Made by a program: the position numbers and the translations under genes | Notes under the pieces: model-generated | The model's database searches: none | Seen by the model: the letters and a program-made list of their open reading frames with translations, nothing else | What the model was told of the DNA's origin: nothing | Part shown: one piece after another, positions 36,055 to 45,131 of the stretch | How positions within the stretch are numbered: the stretch's first letter is position 1 | Layout: every line of letters begins with the position of its first letter | DNA from: an uncultured Pirellulaceae bacterium | GTDB lineage: Bacteria > Planctomycetota > Planctomycetia > Pirellulales > Pirellulaceae | Direction of reading: 5' to 3' | Assembly: GCA_947258905.1 (NCBI GenBank) | Contig: CAMYKF010000406.1 | Coordinates: forward strand, 1 to 54,923 | Length of the DNA stretch: 54,923 nucleotides

Positions 36055-38484
36055 TTAGTCGTCCAATTCAATCGTGGCGGCTTCCAGCGAACCGTAGTCC
36101 ATCGCTTCCTGTTTGAGTTGGCGGGCCAACTCGGTGTTGCCCACCGCAACGGCGGCCCGTGCCAGTGCACACAGGGTGATATCGGCGGTGCACAAATACA
36201 GGAAATGGAAACTCCATGTTCCGGGATTGCGATAGATATCGAGCGCTTTCTCGAAGCTTGCCGCGTCACGATTTGCCTGGGCCAGACCGCAAAGCGCCTG
36301 CACATAGGGGTGGCCGCCTCCGCGAGCTCGATTGCGGCCTTCCAAATGCTGGACGGCCTGATTGAAGGCCACGCTTGCCGCGACCGAATCACCTTGCTCG
36401 AAAGCCGTGCGACCCAGACTGCTGAGTATTACGGCACGCATGGTATCGCGATAGAAGTTATCTGCGTTTTCCATGGCCTCAATACCCTTGAGCGCCCACG
36501 TGCGCGCCTCGTCCAGTCTGCCGGCTCGTCGCAGCGTTTCACACAGGTAACCTTCGACACCCGGTAATTGCGTGATCGAGGCATCACTCTCGAAAGCACG
36601 CGTCAGGCAGATCTCGGACTCCCTGAATTCATTTAGCGCGAGGTGAGCCGCACCTGCGCCCAGCCAACTCCAACAGTGGTCACTCGTGAGCTGATTGGCT
36701 TGCTGGTAGCAGCGCACGGCCTCTTTGAATCGCCAGCGGTGTGGATCGTCAATGGAATCGGCGGGATGTATTTGCTGAAACAGCGTCTCGGCCTGCGTAC
36801 TGGAATTGGTCGCGATCAGACAACCGCCCGCGAAATAGTGCGCCATCGTCGTTTTAGGGTCACAATCGACGGCCAATAACTGATGTTTGAACCCCGCCGG
36901 GATGTTGTATTCGTTGATGTAGGCGTAGCCCAGCCAGACGTGGGCCTCGGCCAATCCCGGATCCAGCTCAAGGGCACGCAGGGCATTTTCCTTTGTTAGT
37001 GAGATCAAAGTCTGTTCTGTCGTGTAGGTGAATCGCAGGGCGTGCACGGTTGCCAGCCCGGCCCACGCCAGCGCATAGTCCGGGTCCACTTCAATCGCCT
37101 GCTGGAACAACTCCCCAGCCTCGGTCAAATCCGCCTTGCCACCACGCAGCCATGCGGCACGCCCCTTGACGTAGCACTCCCAGGCAGAGAACTCCGGTTT
37201 CTGTTTGCTGGCCGTCTGTGGTTCAGGTCGTGCGGGTGTTTTGGCAGAGCTGCTGGCCAGTCGCTGGCGAATCAGACCGGCCAGCTGATCCTGCATGTCA
37301 AAAATATCGTCTGCCTTGCCATCAACTTTTTCCGAAAGAACTTCCCGGTCGGTCAACAGCTCAGTCAGTTGAACCGTGAATCGCAGCGCGTTACCCATCT
37401 TCTGGAACCCTCCGCTGACCATCCAGCGACAGCCGAGCGTCAAACCAAGTTGCTGTCGATCGACCGTTTTATGACCGCTCGCAAGTTCGGTTTGCGCCTT
37501 CTGCAATCTGGATCGCGCCGTGACCTCGATACCTTCGGTACCTGTCAACTCGGCGGTAATACTCTCGGCAACGCCAATGCCGATCCACTGGTCATCGGGA
37601 TGGCCGGAGATGTTGTCAAAATCCATGACGACCAGTGAATTCGGTAGCGAAATTCGCAACTCGCCTGACGCCGACAGGGTCAGATCGATCATGAACTCGC
37701 CGACCGATGCGTAGCGTTGACCGCGGTCTTTGGCCAGGGCTTTTTGCACCACGGCATTGATTTGTGACACCATTCCGTCGCCAACCAGAGGCTCCGGATC
37801 CTTGGCCAGAATATGGGCCATGCGCTCGGTTGGCGTCTTGCCTGGGAAAGCGGGTTTGCCCGATATCGCCTCGTATAAAACAGCTCCAACAGAAAACAGA
37901 TCCGAACGTTCGTCCAGTTTTTCTCCTCTCAGCTGTTCGGGAGACATGTAACCGATCGTGCCCACGACCTTGCCCTGTTCGGTCAACAACGTGACGGTTC
38001 GATCATCTTCCGGTTGCTGCACCAGCTCCTTGGCGAGTCCAAAGTCCAGCAACTTTACTGACCGGTCACCGACCACCATGATGTTTTCGGGCTTGATGTC
38101 GCGGTGCAAAATTCCCACGGCATGGGCGTGACCGAGTGCATCGAGCAGGCAAGCTGCCTGCGACAAGGCATCTTCGACCGACAAGGGACCTTGCTGCAGG
38201 CGTTTACGCAGCGTCGTGGCGCGAACCAGTTCCATGGAGATCCAGGCCTGGCCATCGATCTCGCCCGCTTCATAGAATGTGGCGATACCGGGATGCTGCA
38301 GCCGGGCACCCGTGCGCGCTTCACGCAGCAGGCGATCCCGCAATGGTCCGGGGAATTCGGCGGGCAGGATTTTCAGTGCGCAGTCGCGACCCAGCGCCAG
38401 ATCACGGGCCCGCCAGACTTGTCCCATGCCTCCGGAGCCGATCAACTCTTCCAGTTGATAATGGCCCAATACCTGCGTCATCAT
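36055..38484 (-). CDS. cytoplasmic Ser/Thr protein kinase with central sensor-like region and C-terminal TPR repeats
   Basis: GSGGMGQVW, HRDIKPENIMV, DFGLAK and GTIGYMSPEQ. No TM segment seen. TPR-like C-terminal half. Confidence 0.9.
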   Translation of the reverse strand: MMTQVLGHYQLEELIGSGGMGQVWRARDLALGRDCALKILPAEFPGPLRDRLLREARTGARLQHPGIATFYEAGEIDGQAWISMELVRATTLRKRLQQGPLSVEDALSQAACLLDALGHAHAVGILHRDIKPENIMVVGDRSVKLLDFGLAKELVQQPEDDRTVTLLTEQGKVVGTIGYMSPEQLRGEKLDERSDLFSVGAVLYEAISGKPAFPGKTPTERMAHILAKDPEPLVGDGMVSQINAVVQKALAKDRGQRYASVGEFMIDLTLSASGELRISLPNSLVVMDFDNISGHPDDQWIGIGVAESITAELTGTEGIEVTARSRLQKAQTELASGHKTVDRQQLGLTLGCRWMVSGGFQKMGNALRFTVQLTELLTDREVLSEKVDGKADDIFDMQDQLAGLIRQRLASSSAKTPARPEPQTASKQKPEFSAWECYVKGRAAWLRGGKADLTEAGELFQQAIEVDPDYALAWAGLATVHALRFTYTTEQTLISLTKENALRALELDPGLAEAHVWLGYAYINEYNIPAGFKHQLLAVDCDPKTTMAHYFAGGCLIATNSSTQAETLFQQIHPADSIDDPHRWRFKEAVRCYQQANQLTSDHCWSWLGAGAAHLALNEFRESEICLTRAFESDASITQLPGVEGYLCETLRRAGRLDEARTWALKGIEAMENADNFYRDTMRAVILSSLGRTAFEQGDSVAASVAFNQAVQHLEGRNRARGGGHPYVQALCGLAQANRDAASFEKALDIYRNPGTWSFHFLYLCTADITLCALARAAVAVGNTELARQLKQEAMDYGSLEAATIELDD

Positions 38485-38558
38485 CCCGCGTTAGTTCGCA
38501 AAACGCTGCCAGTTTGTTTTCTGCAACTGGTCAGTCTATGGCAATTTGCAACAGGCAT

Positions 38559-38637
38559 CAAAAAGACCCGCCTCAGCCAGATGGTTGAGGCGGGCTCGAT
38601 GGATTGCGGCGCGAGAAGGGGGGAGAATTCGCGCCGC
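38559..38637 (-). terminator. Tandem hairpins ending in a rho-independent terminator for the PDZ-protein gene
   Basis: Read on the minus strand: GCGGCGCGA...TCGCGCCGC (38606-38637), then CCCGCCTCA-accatctggc-TGAGGCGGG (38567-38594), followed by TCTTTTTGAT. Confidence 0.75.
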
Positions 38638-38659
38638 ATGGTGTTGTTTTTCTCGGAGA

Positions 38660-39655
38660 TTACTTGTTACGCAGTTCCTCGCGAAGTTGTTCGATCATGG
38701 CTCGCAATTCGGCAATTTCCGCTCTTAGCGAGGCCGTTTGGGCTGCTGCCTGTGCAGCTTCAGCAGCTCCCTGAGCTGCCTCGGCCTGGATAATTCCGGG
38801 CAACATACGATTCAACTGGACGTCCAGATCTCGCACCTCCAGGCCGCCGCTCTCGATGAGTGCTTCCAGTGGAACGATTTGATTTTGAGCCTCGCCGATG
38901 CCACCCACGACAATCCCGCCGACGTCGCGTTTTTCAGGCGTGATGGTAAAGCTGACTTCGTCTCCGCGGCGCACGGCCTTGATCTTCAATTCCGTCTCGC
39001 TCTCACCAGCTTCCTGAACTGCCTCGACGAGTTCATTGATTTCACTCAATGACGTGCCATTGGCTTCAATCAGGATGTCGAACTTCCGTACGTCGGCTGC
39101 CTCGGCCGGCGACTCTTCGATGACTTCCTCGACCAGCAAGCCGTTGTCCAGTCGCAACTGGGCCTTCAGGCCTTCACCGATTTCCTCACAACTGACGCCG
39201 ATCCGAAACCCGCTGGCGCTGCCATCGAGCCGCAGGATCATGTCGTCAGCAGAAAACGTCCATTCGCCGTCGCCCTCACCCGGAATCACGTCCTGACCCG
39301 ACTCGAACTGAAATGTCATCGTCATCGGTGATTCATCAAGTTCGTCCAGTTGAACGTATCCCTGTTGACCATCGGGTCCAATCAAGATGGCGCGGCCGCG
39401 GTGGACAAAAGTGTTGCTATCGGAGTCTTCCGTTTCTTGTTCCTGTTCCAGCACGAAAACGCCCTCGGCATCCCCGAGCCGAATGATCCGGATGTTGCCC
39501 TTGCCATCATTGATAATCACCTTGCCGTCGATGACCTGAGCGGTCATGTCCTGCTGCCGGGCTTGCTCGCTGGTTTCCTGAGCATGCGAAATGGCCAAAG
39601 GCAAAACCAGCGCGGCCACGCAGGCGACTGCAAACAGCCTGATGAAACGTTGCAT
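38660..39655 (-). CDS. secreted PDZ-domain protein with C-terminal coiled coil and no protease domain
   Basis: Signal peptide MQRFIRLFAVACVAALVLPLAISHA. PDZ pattern GVSCEEIGEGLKAQLRLDNGLLVEEVIEESPAEAADVRKFDILIEANG. Ala/Gln/Glu heptad-like tail. Confidence 0.8.
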   Translation of the reverse strand: MQRFIRLFAVACVAALVLPLAISHAQETSEQARQQDMTAQVIDGKVIINDGKGNIRIIRLGDAEGVFVLEQEQETEDSDSNTFVHRGRAILIGPDGQQGYVQLDELDESPMTMTFQFESGQDVIPGEGDGEWTFSADDMILRLDGSASGFRIGVSCEEIGEGLKAQLRLDNGLLVEEVIEESPAEAADVRKFDILIEANGTSLSEINELVEAVQEAGESETELKIKAVRRGDEVSFTITPEKRDVGGIVVGGIGEAQNQIVPLEALIESGGLEVRDLDVQLNRMLPGIIQAEAAQGAAEAAQAAAQTASLRAEIAELRAMIEQLREELRNK

Positions 39656-39747
39656 TATGAATCCTCTCTCTGTTGAAATTGATAATTAATGTCTGTGAAC
39701 TTCGCGGCCCGGGAGAGCCTCGCCCTTCCCGCTGGTTGCGCAGATTT

Positions 39748-40470
39748 CTACTGAACGAATTGCCGGACGCGGTAACTTTGCACGGGCACAATAAACGACC
39801 GCCCGTCCGGAGCATTGCCCGTGATGTAGTTGATGTGTGGCTGAACCTGGTATCCGGCTTGCAGGAATTGCTGCTGCGTGATCGGATCGAGCGACAAATC
39901 CAGCCGGGCCAGTTCCTTTTTCATCGGATCAAAACTCTGGTACAGCGGCACCTGCACGTTGTCGTCCATTTGCAGCATGTACGGTTCCTGATTGACGGCC
40001 AGCGTATTGCCAGGCGTCGGCGTGTTAACCGATGAGTCCGGCATTTGCGCCGGAGGTTGGCTGGCCACCGGCCCGCTTTCCAGTCCGCCCGGTGAACGAT
40101 CGACGGGGTTGAGTCGCAATGCGACTGTCAGCGCGAACAATACGGCAGCCGCTGTTAGCATGAGTCGCGGAACGTTGTGTCGCCACCAATTCGTACCGCC
40201 CCGTTGTTTCCCTGTTCTGGCCTCCGACGGCAGGCGGGATTCGCGGTGCTGAGCGGAGTCGCTGTCCGCTTGACCCTCAAACGCGACGCCCCACACGCGG
40301 TCCTCGATAAACGCCAGCGCAGTTTCCCGCCACAATTCCGGACTGGCATCCGCCTGCCGTACGAATTCAGCGCGTTGTTCGGCGTCCAATTCGTTATCAA
40401 CCAGCCGCGAAATGGTTTGCTCCACGGATCGCAGTTGTGCCTTGTGATTTTCGTTCATTTCTGCCTTCAC
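39748..40470 (-). CDS. putative single-pass anti-sigma factor
   Basis: Its GTG start overlaps the sigma stop (GTGA). N-terminal LVDNELDAEQRAEF helix, then one TM segment (LMLTAAAVLFALTVAL). The call rests on position and architecture, not on a diagnostic motif. Confidence 0.65.
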   Translation of the reverse strand: MKAEMNENHKAQLRSVEQTISRLVDNELDAEQRAEFVRQADASPELWRETALAFIEDRVWGVAFEGQADSDSAQHRESRLPSEARTGKQRGGTNWWRHNVPRLMLTAAAVLFALTVALRLNPVDRSPGGLESGPVASQPPAQMPDSSVNTPTPGNTLAVNQEPYMLQMDDNVQVPLYQSFDPMKKELARLDLSLDPITQQQFLQAGYQVQPHINYITGNAPDGRSFIVPVQSYRVRQFVQ

Positions 40471-41024
40471 GAATTAACGGTGTGCGGGATGGATTCGCAC
40501 AACAATTTGCGGAGTCGTTTTTTGGCCCTTAACAATCGGTACTCGATGGTGCCAGTCGACGCGCCCAGATGCTCGGCCATTTGTCGATAGGACCAGCGCT
40601 CGGTGTATTTCAAAGTCAGTATTTCGCGATCCTGCGGTCGCAGCGACTGGATCGCACAGCTGACCAATTCACGTTGTTCGTTTTGCACAAGCCAGTCGAG
40701 CGCATCGGGCTCGTGGTCGGCCGTGTATGCGTTTTGCTCAATTCGCTCCTGCAGCCGTTTGCGACGACCGTTGCGGCGGTGATGGTTGATCGCCTGACGC
40801 ACTGCCAGGCGGTACAGCCACGGCGCCACTTTTGCCTCATCCTCGGGTCGCGATGGTTGCCGCAGCACAGCCAGCGACAAATCCTGGTACAGATCCTCCA
40901 CGACATGCGGGTCGTTAATGCGACTGCGCAGCACACTTGTCAGCCAGCGACGGTGCTGGATAAGCGCCGCTGTCCAGTCGATCGCGGATCGGCTGTGTGA
41001 GGAAGTCGGTTGCAGTGCTGTCAT
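40467..41024 (-). CDS. ECF (group IV) sigma-70 factor
   Basis: Region 2 (DLYQDLSLAVL, WLYRLAVRQAINHHRR) and region 4 (ILTLKYTERWSYRQMAEHLGASTGTIEYRLLRAKKRL). ATG 41024 is preferred over TTG 41051. Confidence 0.85.
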   Translation of the reverse strand: MTALQPTSSHSRSAIDWTAALIQHRRWLTSVLRSRINDPHVVEDLYQDLSLAVLRQPSRPEDEAKVAPWLYRLAVRQAINHHRRNGRRKRLQERIEQNAYTADHEPDALDWLVQNEQRELVSCAIQSLRPQDREILTLKYTERWSYRQMAEHLGASTGTIEYRLLRAKKRLRKLLCESIPHTVNS

Positions 41025-41113
41025 GCGGAACCACGCGTAAGGACTGATCAACTAGTCGCCGGCGGGGACCGGAGGCGTGCGGTTTTTTCCGAAAATTGCT
41101 GTTTTGGGCCGAA

Positions 41114-41185
41114 TTACCGGGGTAGTTACCGGGGTAGTTACCGGGGTAGTTACCGGGGTAGTTACCGGGGTAGTTACCGGGGCAG
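41114..41185. repeat. Tandem repeat, 6 x 12 bp (TTACCGGGGTAG; five perfect units plus one variant TTACCGGGGCAG)
   Basis: Units begin at 41114, 41126, 41138, 41150, 41162 and 41174. The array lies 90 nt upstream of the ECF sigma ATG. The last unit supplies the TAA stop of the upstream ORF. Confidence 0.95.
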
Positions 41186-41974
41186 TTCGCCGCGTCGCCA
41201 CTTTTGCAGACTACGACGCACGCCGTTTTGCGTGGAGATATGCCCCAGATATGGCGACATTTTGGTGAAGGTGCGTCCCAGCGCCAGCAGGGTATACCAC
41301 ACGGGATTTCTCAGGAAACCGGCACGGATACGCACCAGAGCGCCTGTGAAGGCAGGTGGAAAATCGTCCTTTCGGACCTTCAGCACGCCTACGCCATTCT
41401 CATTCAAGAACTGCAATGCCTGATGGTGATGCTGCAAAAGTTCCGAAGCATCGGCCCGGGGAAACAGCTGCATCATGCTGCCTTCGGGAACGGGCATCGT
41501 GCCGCCTTCGGCCATGTTGCCGGTGGTCAGCATCGATTCTCCTTTCTTGCCTCCGGGGATCTTCAGCATCGACACGATGTCAATCGCCACCTTGTCCGGT
41601 GCGACCGACGAATGGTAAACCGCGCCGAAACTGCGCCCGTCACCATGCAGGCTGGCCAGCATAACGGCCATGGGCCTGGTGTTGACGGCCATGGGATTGG
41701 AGATGGGCTGGAACCCGAGCCGCCGCATGGCGGCGTGCTCGGCATGAGCTGCGGGACTGATTTGCTCGTCGGCAATGGACTTCAGTTTTGGATTTTCGGG
41801 CAGGGAGTTGGCAATCACCATGAAGAACAGGCCGATAATCGCCCACACTACGAGCATGATGAAGAACACGATGCGGCAGAAACCGGCGGCCTGCAAACCC
41901 GGCATTAAAAAACCGATGATGCCGCAGCCTATCAACAAAGTCGCCAGCAACAACGTGACCAGCAGTCCTTTCAT
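41174..41974 (-). CDS. hypothetical membrane protein
   Basis: ATG 41974 (MKGLLVTLLLATLLIGCG) gives two or three N-terminal TM segments plus a soluble domain. The longer track ORF (to 42157) runs through a non-coding repeat copy. Confidence 0.6.
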   Translation of the reverse strand: MKGLLVTLLLATLLIGCGIIGFLMPGLQAAGFCRIVFFIMLVVWAIIGLFFMVIANSLPENPKLKSIADEQISPAAHAEHAAMRRLGFQPISNPMAVNTRPMAVMLASLHGDGRSFGAVYHSSVAPDKVAIDIVSMLKIPGGKKGESMLTTGNMAEGGTMPVPEGSMMQLFPRADASELLQHHHQALQFLNENGVGVLKVRKDDFPPAFTGALVRIRAGFLRNPVWYTLLALGRTFTKMSPYLGHISTQNGVRRSLQKWRRGELPR

Positions 41975-42069
41975 CTTGTTCCCCGATTCAACATTGCCCA
42001 GTCCGGTCAACCCCGGGCTCGATTGTATTATGCCGTGCGCGTGATTAACAGCAATCGAGTCCTTGCCGG

Positions 42070-42096
42070 GACGGGTCGGGAGACCCGCCCACAACC
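42070..42096 (+). repeat. Full-length copy of the GACGGGTCGGGAGACCCGCCCACAAC repeat
   Basis: GACGGGTCGGGAGACCCGCCCACAACC, with a GGGTC-ggga-GACCC hairpin followed by GCCCACAAC. Confidence 0.8.
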
Positions 42097-42174
42097 GGAG
42101 TGACCTTGATGATTCCGGAATGAAATCGGCTTCGACAGAACCTCCTCCCGCGTCCACAACCGGGGTGGCAGTTC

Positions 42175-42768
42175 CTAAAACTCGTAACCGAATCGCTCAA
42201 GGTCAGCCGCGTAGTATTCTCCGGCGCGGCTGCGAGTCGCTTCTTCAAAATACTCCTGATACGGCCCACGGCGTGTTACATGTCGGGGTTTGGGTGGCGG
42301 CGTTGCAAAGCCAATGCGGTCGAAAATGGTTTGCACATCTCGAACATAGTGCTCGAAACGCCCGAGAAATCCAGCTTGATCAATCCCGTAATACGCATGG
42401 GTCTGCGGTAACGTGTGTTTGCGAACGCGTATCTTTCCGGCGCGATTGGGCTCACTATACCCAATGGATTCATCAACCACGATGTCGAGAAACTCGGTCA
42501 GCGACATGCCGGGCTTGAGGTCCAGCGGCACTTTCCAGCCCGTGTCCTCGATGCCTTCGGAAAACATCTTCCACGCGGAGATCAGCCGGTCGAACGGATT
42601 GCGGACAAAGGCAAACGAGAAAGCGTCACGCCACGGTTCGGGAATTTCGCCGGTAACCGGACCCTCGTAATGACCTTTCTGCAGCAAAAGATGACGCAAC
42701 GCCTGGCCGCCTGTTTTGGGATTGTGGATGAACACGCAGCGCGGCTGGTGAATCAGAAATGCGGGCAT
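42175..42768 (-). CDS. sulfotransferase family protein
   Basis: PAPS-binding-like loops IHNPKTGG (5'-PSB) and FVRNPFDRLISAW (3'-PB). ATG 42768 is preferred. Confidence 0.7.
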   Translation of the reverse strand: MPAFLIHQPRCVFIHNPKTGGQALRHLLLQKGHYEGPVTGEIPEPWRDAFSFAFVRNPFDRLISAWKMFSEGIEDTGWKVPLDLKPGMSLTEFLDIVVDESIGYSEPNRAGKIRVRKHTLPQTHAYYGIDQAGFLGRFEHYVRDVQTIFDRIGFATPPPKPRHVTRRGPYQEYFEEATRSRAGEYYAADLERFGYEF

Positions 42769-43011
42769 GCCGGTACAGCGGAATCGGGAAAAAGACAAAT
42801 GAGTTGCGAAAGGCCAGTATCGTCAACTGGCCTTGAGACGGAAACAGCAGTGAGTCAACGTAGCCACAATCGAGAGAGATTCTTGCGCATTGTTGTTACC
42901 TTTCCCAGGATTGGGAGAGGTCGATCTTCGTTGTATGAAGATCGGGTGAGGGTTGACATCTGCGATACTTTGACTTCGGTAAACAAATGCCGCCTCTGCC
43001 CCCTCATCCGG

Positions 43012-43064
43012 CCTTCTCCCCCCGCAGGCTTCGGCCGTGGGCTCAGCCGAACGGGGAGAGGGAA
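43012..43064. repeat. GC-rich imperfect palindrome of the CTCCCC/GGGGAG type
   Basis: CCTTCTCCCCCCG...CGGGGAGAGGGAA encloses TTCGGC/GCCGAA. Lies in the 376-nt divergent gap. Confidence 0.5.
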
Positions 43065-43144
43065 CTGACCACCGAAACCAGCGGTAACCCCAGCGGGTAT
43101 CATCAATAGCAAAGTATCGTGCGAGTTTTTAGGGGAGACTGACG

Positions 43145-43684
43145 ATGAACGCCGCTCGGTGGTGCGTTGCCGGTTGCTGCATGCTGGTGTTTTGCCTGGC
43201 CGGTTGTACGGGATCGGTTTATCCGCTGACCGGAGAACCGGCTGCCGATCTGGAACTGGATGGAAAATGGGCCCGGGTGGGCGCGGGCGCGGGACCTGCC
43301 GAAGTCGAATTGCATGGCCGCAACGATTCGTACCGGGGTATGGCATGGAGCCGGGAATTTGTGATTACCGTGTTCACGATTGGTGATCATCATTATGCCA
43401 ATCTGAAATACGACGACTCACTGGAACTGGATGCTGGTCCCAAGTTGCTGCACAAGCTGAATTTGTTCGCGCGAATTGAATTTGAAGACGACGAGTTGCG
43501 TATCTTCCAGATCAACGACCCCCAGGCCTTTGAGTTTCTGCGCCGGCATGAAACGGACTTTATCGACGAGGAGGGGAAGTTCATCGTGATCACCGCCAAC
43601 CGTGAACAACTGCAGCAACTGGTCCGCGATCACGGCGATGAGTTATTTATGAAGTCGCCGAGTGTGTATCGGCGCGAGCGTTGA
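43145..43684 (+). CDS. hypothetical lipoprotein
   Basis: Lipobox-like signal MLVFCLAGC. 179-aa ORF. Confidence 0.7.
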   Translation: MNAARWCVAGCCMLVFCLAGCTGSVYPLTGEPAADLELDGKWARVGAGAGPAEVELHGRNDSYRGMAWSREFVITVFTIGDHHYANLKYDDSLELDAGPKLLHKLNLFARIEFEDDELRIFQINDPQAFEFLRRHETDFIDEEGKFIVITANREQLQQLVRDHGDELFMKSPSVYRRER

Positions 43685-43706
43685 TATGCCGAAGACTGCG
43701 CCGTTA

Positions 43707-43786
43707 TCTGCCTCGGGTCAGCGGTTTCCATTGATCCATCATCCCTTCGGAACCGCAGTATATCGAACAAGGAATCTCGAGGCAGA
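43707..43786. repeat. Nested inverted repeats in a convergent gap
   Basis: Outer stem TCTGCCTCG (43707-43715) / CGAGGCAGA (43778-43786). Inner stem GCGGTTTCC (43721-43729) / GGAACCGC (43749-43756). Confidence 0.7.
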
Positions 43787-43824
43787 AACTTGATTACGGA
43801 CCTGACGCGCTTCCGGTATCCGCG

Positions 43825-44352
43825 TCACTCGTGGCCTTCGGCAATCTGCGGGAAGCCGTCGCCATAGGGCTGGACGTAATTGTCATCGGGACGCGGGACG
43901 AGCTTGCGCTTGTCAATCGTGCGGGCGCAGGCATTCCATCGCAAAATCGCATCGTCGTTGTCGTCGTCACTGAGCGCTTCGGCCTTCTCATAATTTTCCA
44001 TGGCCTGTCGCAGCCACTCGTAAGCCGTGTAAGCACTTTGCCGCGTGTTGCGTTTCATCACCGCACGGGCGGCGCGTTCGAGGATCAGGCCCGCCAGATA
44101 TTCCTGCTGGTATTCCGACTGGATCCGCTGCAGGTAATCACGGGCCTGTTTGACGATTTTCGATCCGCCATCGAACTGGTCGGTCAGCGAGAGGATCAGG
44201 GTTATAAGCGCTTCCTCGTGGTCGGCTTCATGCTCGAGGATATCGAGGCAGATGCTTTCGGCGTTTTCCGGGTCGTTTAACAGACGATAATGCCTGGCTT
44301 TTTCCAGCGCGGTACCAATGGCACTGTGGTGGAGCGGCTTGAGCGGTTCCAT
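43825..44352 (-). CDS. hypothetical soluble helical protein, probably co-transcribed with sdhCAB
   Basis: 175-aa ORF starting 12 nt downstream of the sdhB stop on the same strand. No motif recognised. Confidence 0.7.
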   Translation of the reverse strand: MEPLKPLHHSAIGTALEKARHYRLLNDPENAESICLDILEHEADHEEALITLILSLTDQFDGGSKIVKQARDYLQRIQSEYQQEYLAGLILERAARAVMKRNTRQSAYTAYEWLRQAMENYEKAEALSDDDNDDAILRWNACARTIDKRKLVPRPDDNYVQPYGDGFPQIAEGHE

Positions 44353-44363
44353 AACGGGCCCCT

Positions 44364-45131
44364 TTATTCCTGACTATCCTGTTTTTTCTTGTTGGGCACG
44401 ATGATCCGGAACAGTCGCTTCACCGGATCATAGTATTCATCGACGACACGTTCCTTCAATGGAATGATGGCGTTGTCTGTAATTGTAATGTTTTCCGGAC
44501 ACACTTTGGTGCAGCATTTTGTGATATTGCAGTAGCCGATTCCATCCACTTTTTTCAGGTCTTCCAGCCGGTCTTCGGTATCCAGCGGGTGCATTTCCAG
44601 CGCCGCGGTGTAGACAAAAAAACGGGGCCCGATGAATTCCCCGTGCTTGTAATGGTCACGCAGCACATGGCACACATCCTGGCACAGGTAGCATTCGATG
44701 CACTTGCGGAACTCCTGTACACGTTCCACATCCTCCTGGTACATCGTCCAGCTGCCGTCTTCGTTGTCCGGTTTGCGGGGCTTGAAGGGCTTGATCTTTT
44801 CCTTGACCTTGTAATTCCACGAAACGTCGGTCACGAGATCGCGCACTGGCGGAAACGTGCGTAGCGGCTCGATCGTGATCGGTTCGTCCAGGTCATAGTC
44901 ACTCAGTCTCGACATGCACATTAATTTGGGCATGCCGTTAACTTCAGCCGAACAGGAACCGCACTTTCCAGCCTTGCAATTCCAGCGCACGGCCAGATCG
45001 TTGGCGCTCTCCGCCTGAATCTGGTGCACGGCGTCCAGCACGACCATGCCTTCGCTGACCTGCGTCTTGTACTCCAGGAAGTCGCCGCCTTCCTTGTCAC
45101 CGCGCCAAATTTTGAAAGTGACCCTTGCCAT
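44364..45131 (-). CDS. sdhB: succinate dehydrogenase / fumarate reductase iron-sulfur subunit
   Basis: Cys clusters CKAGKCGSCSAEVNG (2Fe-2S), CIECYLCQDVC (4Fe-4S) and CNITKCCTKVCP (3Fe-4S). Confidence 0.9.
   Translation of the reverse strand: MARVTFKIWRGDKEGGDFLEYKTQVSEGMVVLDAVHQIQAESANDLAVRWNCKAGKCGSCSAEVNGMPKLMCMSRLSDYDLDEPITIEPLRTFPPVRDLVTDVSWNYKVKEKIKPFKPRKPDNEDGSWTMYQEDVERVQEFRKCIECYLCQDVCHVLRDHYKHGEFIGPRFFVYTAALEMHPLDTEDRLEDLKKVDGIGYCNITKCCTKVCPENITITDNAIIPLKERVVDEYYDPVKRLFRIIVPNKKKQDSQE

Noticed and set aside
41114-41185. Possible CRISPR or coding repeat (YRGS/VTGV peptides in + frames)
   Set aside because: The units are contiguous with no spacers. The + strand ORFs (41010..41423, 41077..41268) are otherwise featureless and lie between two minus-strand genes.
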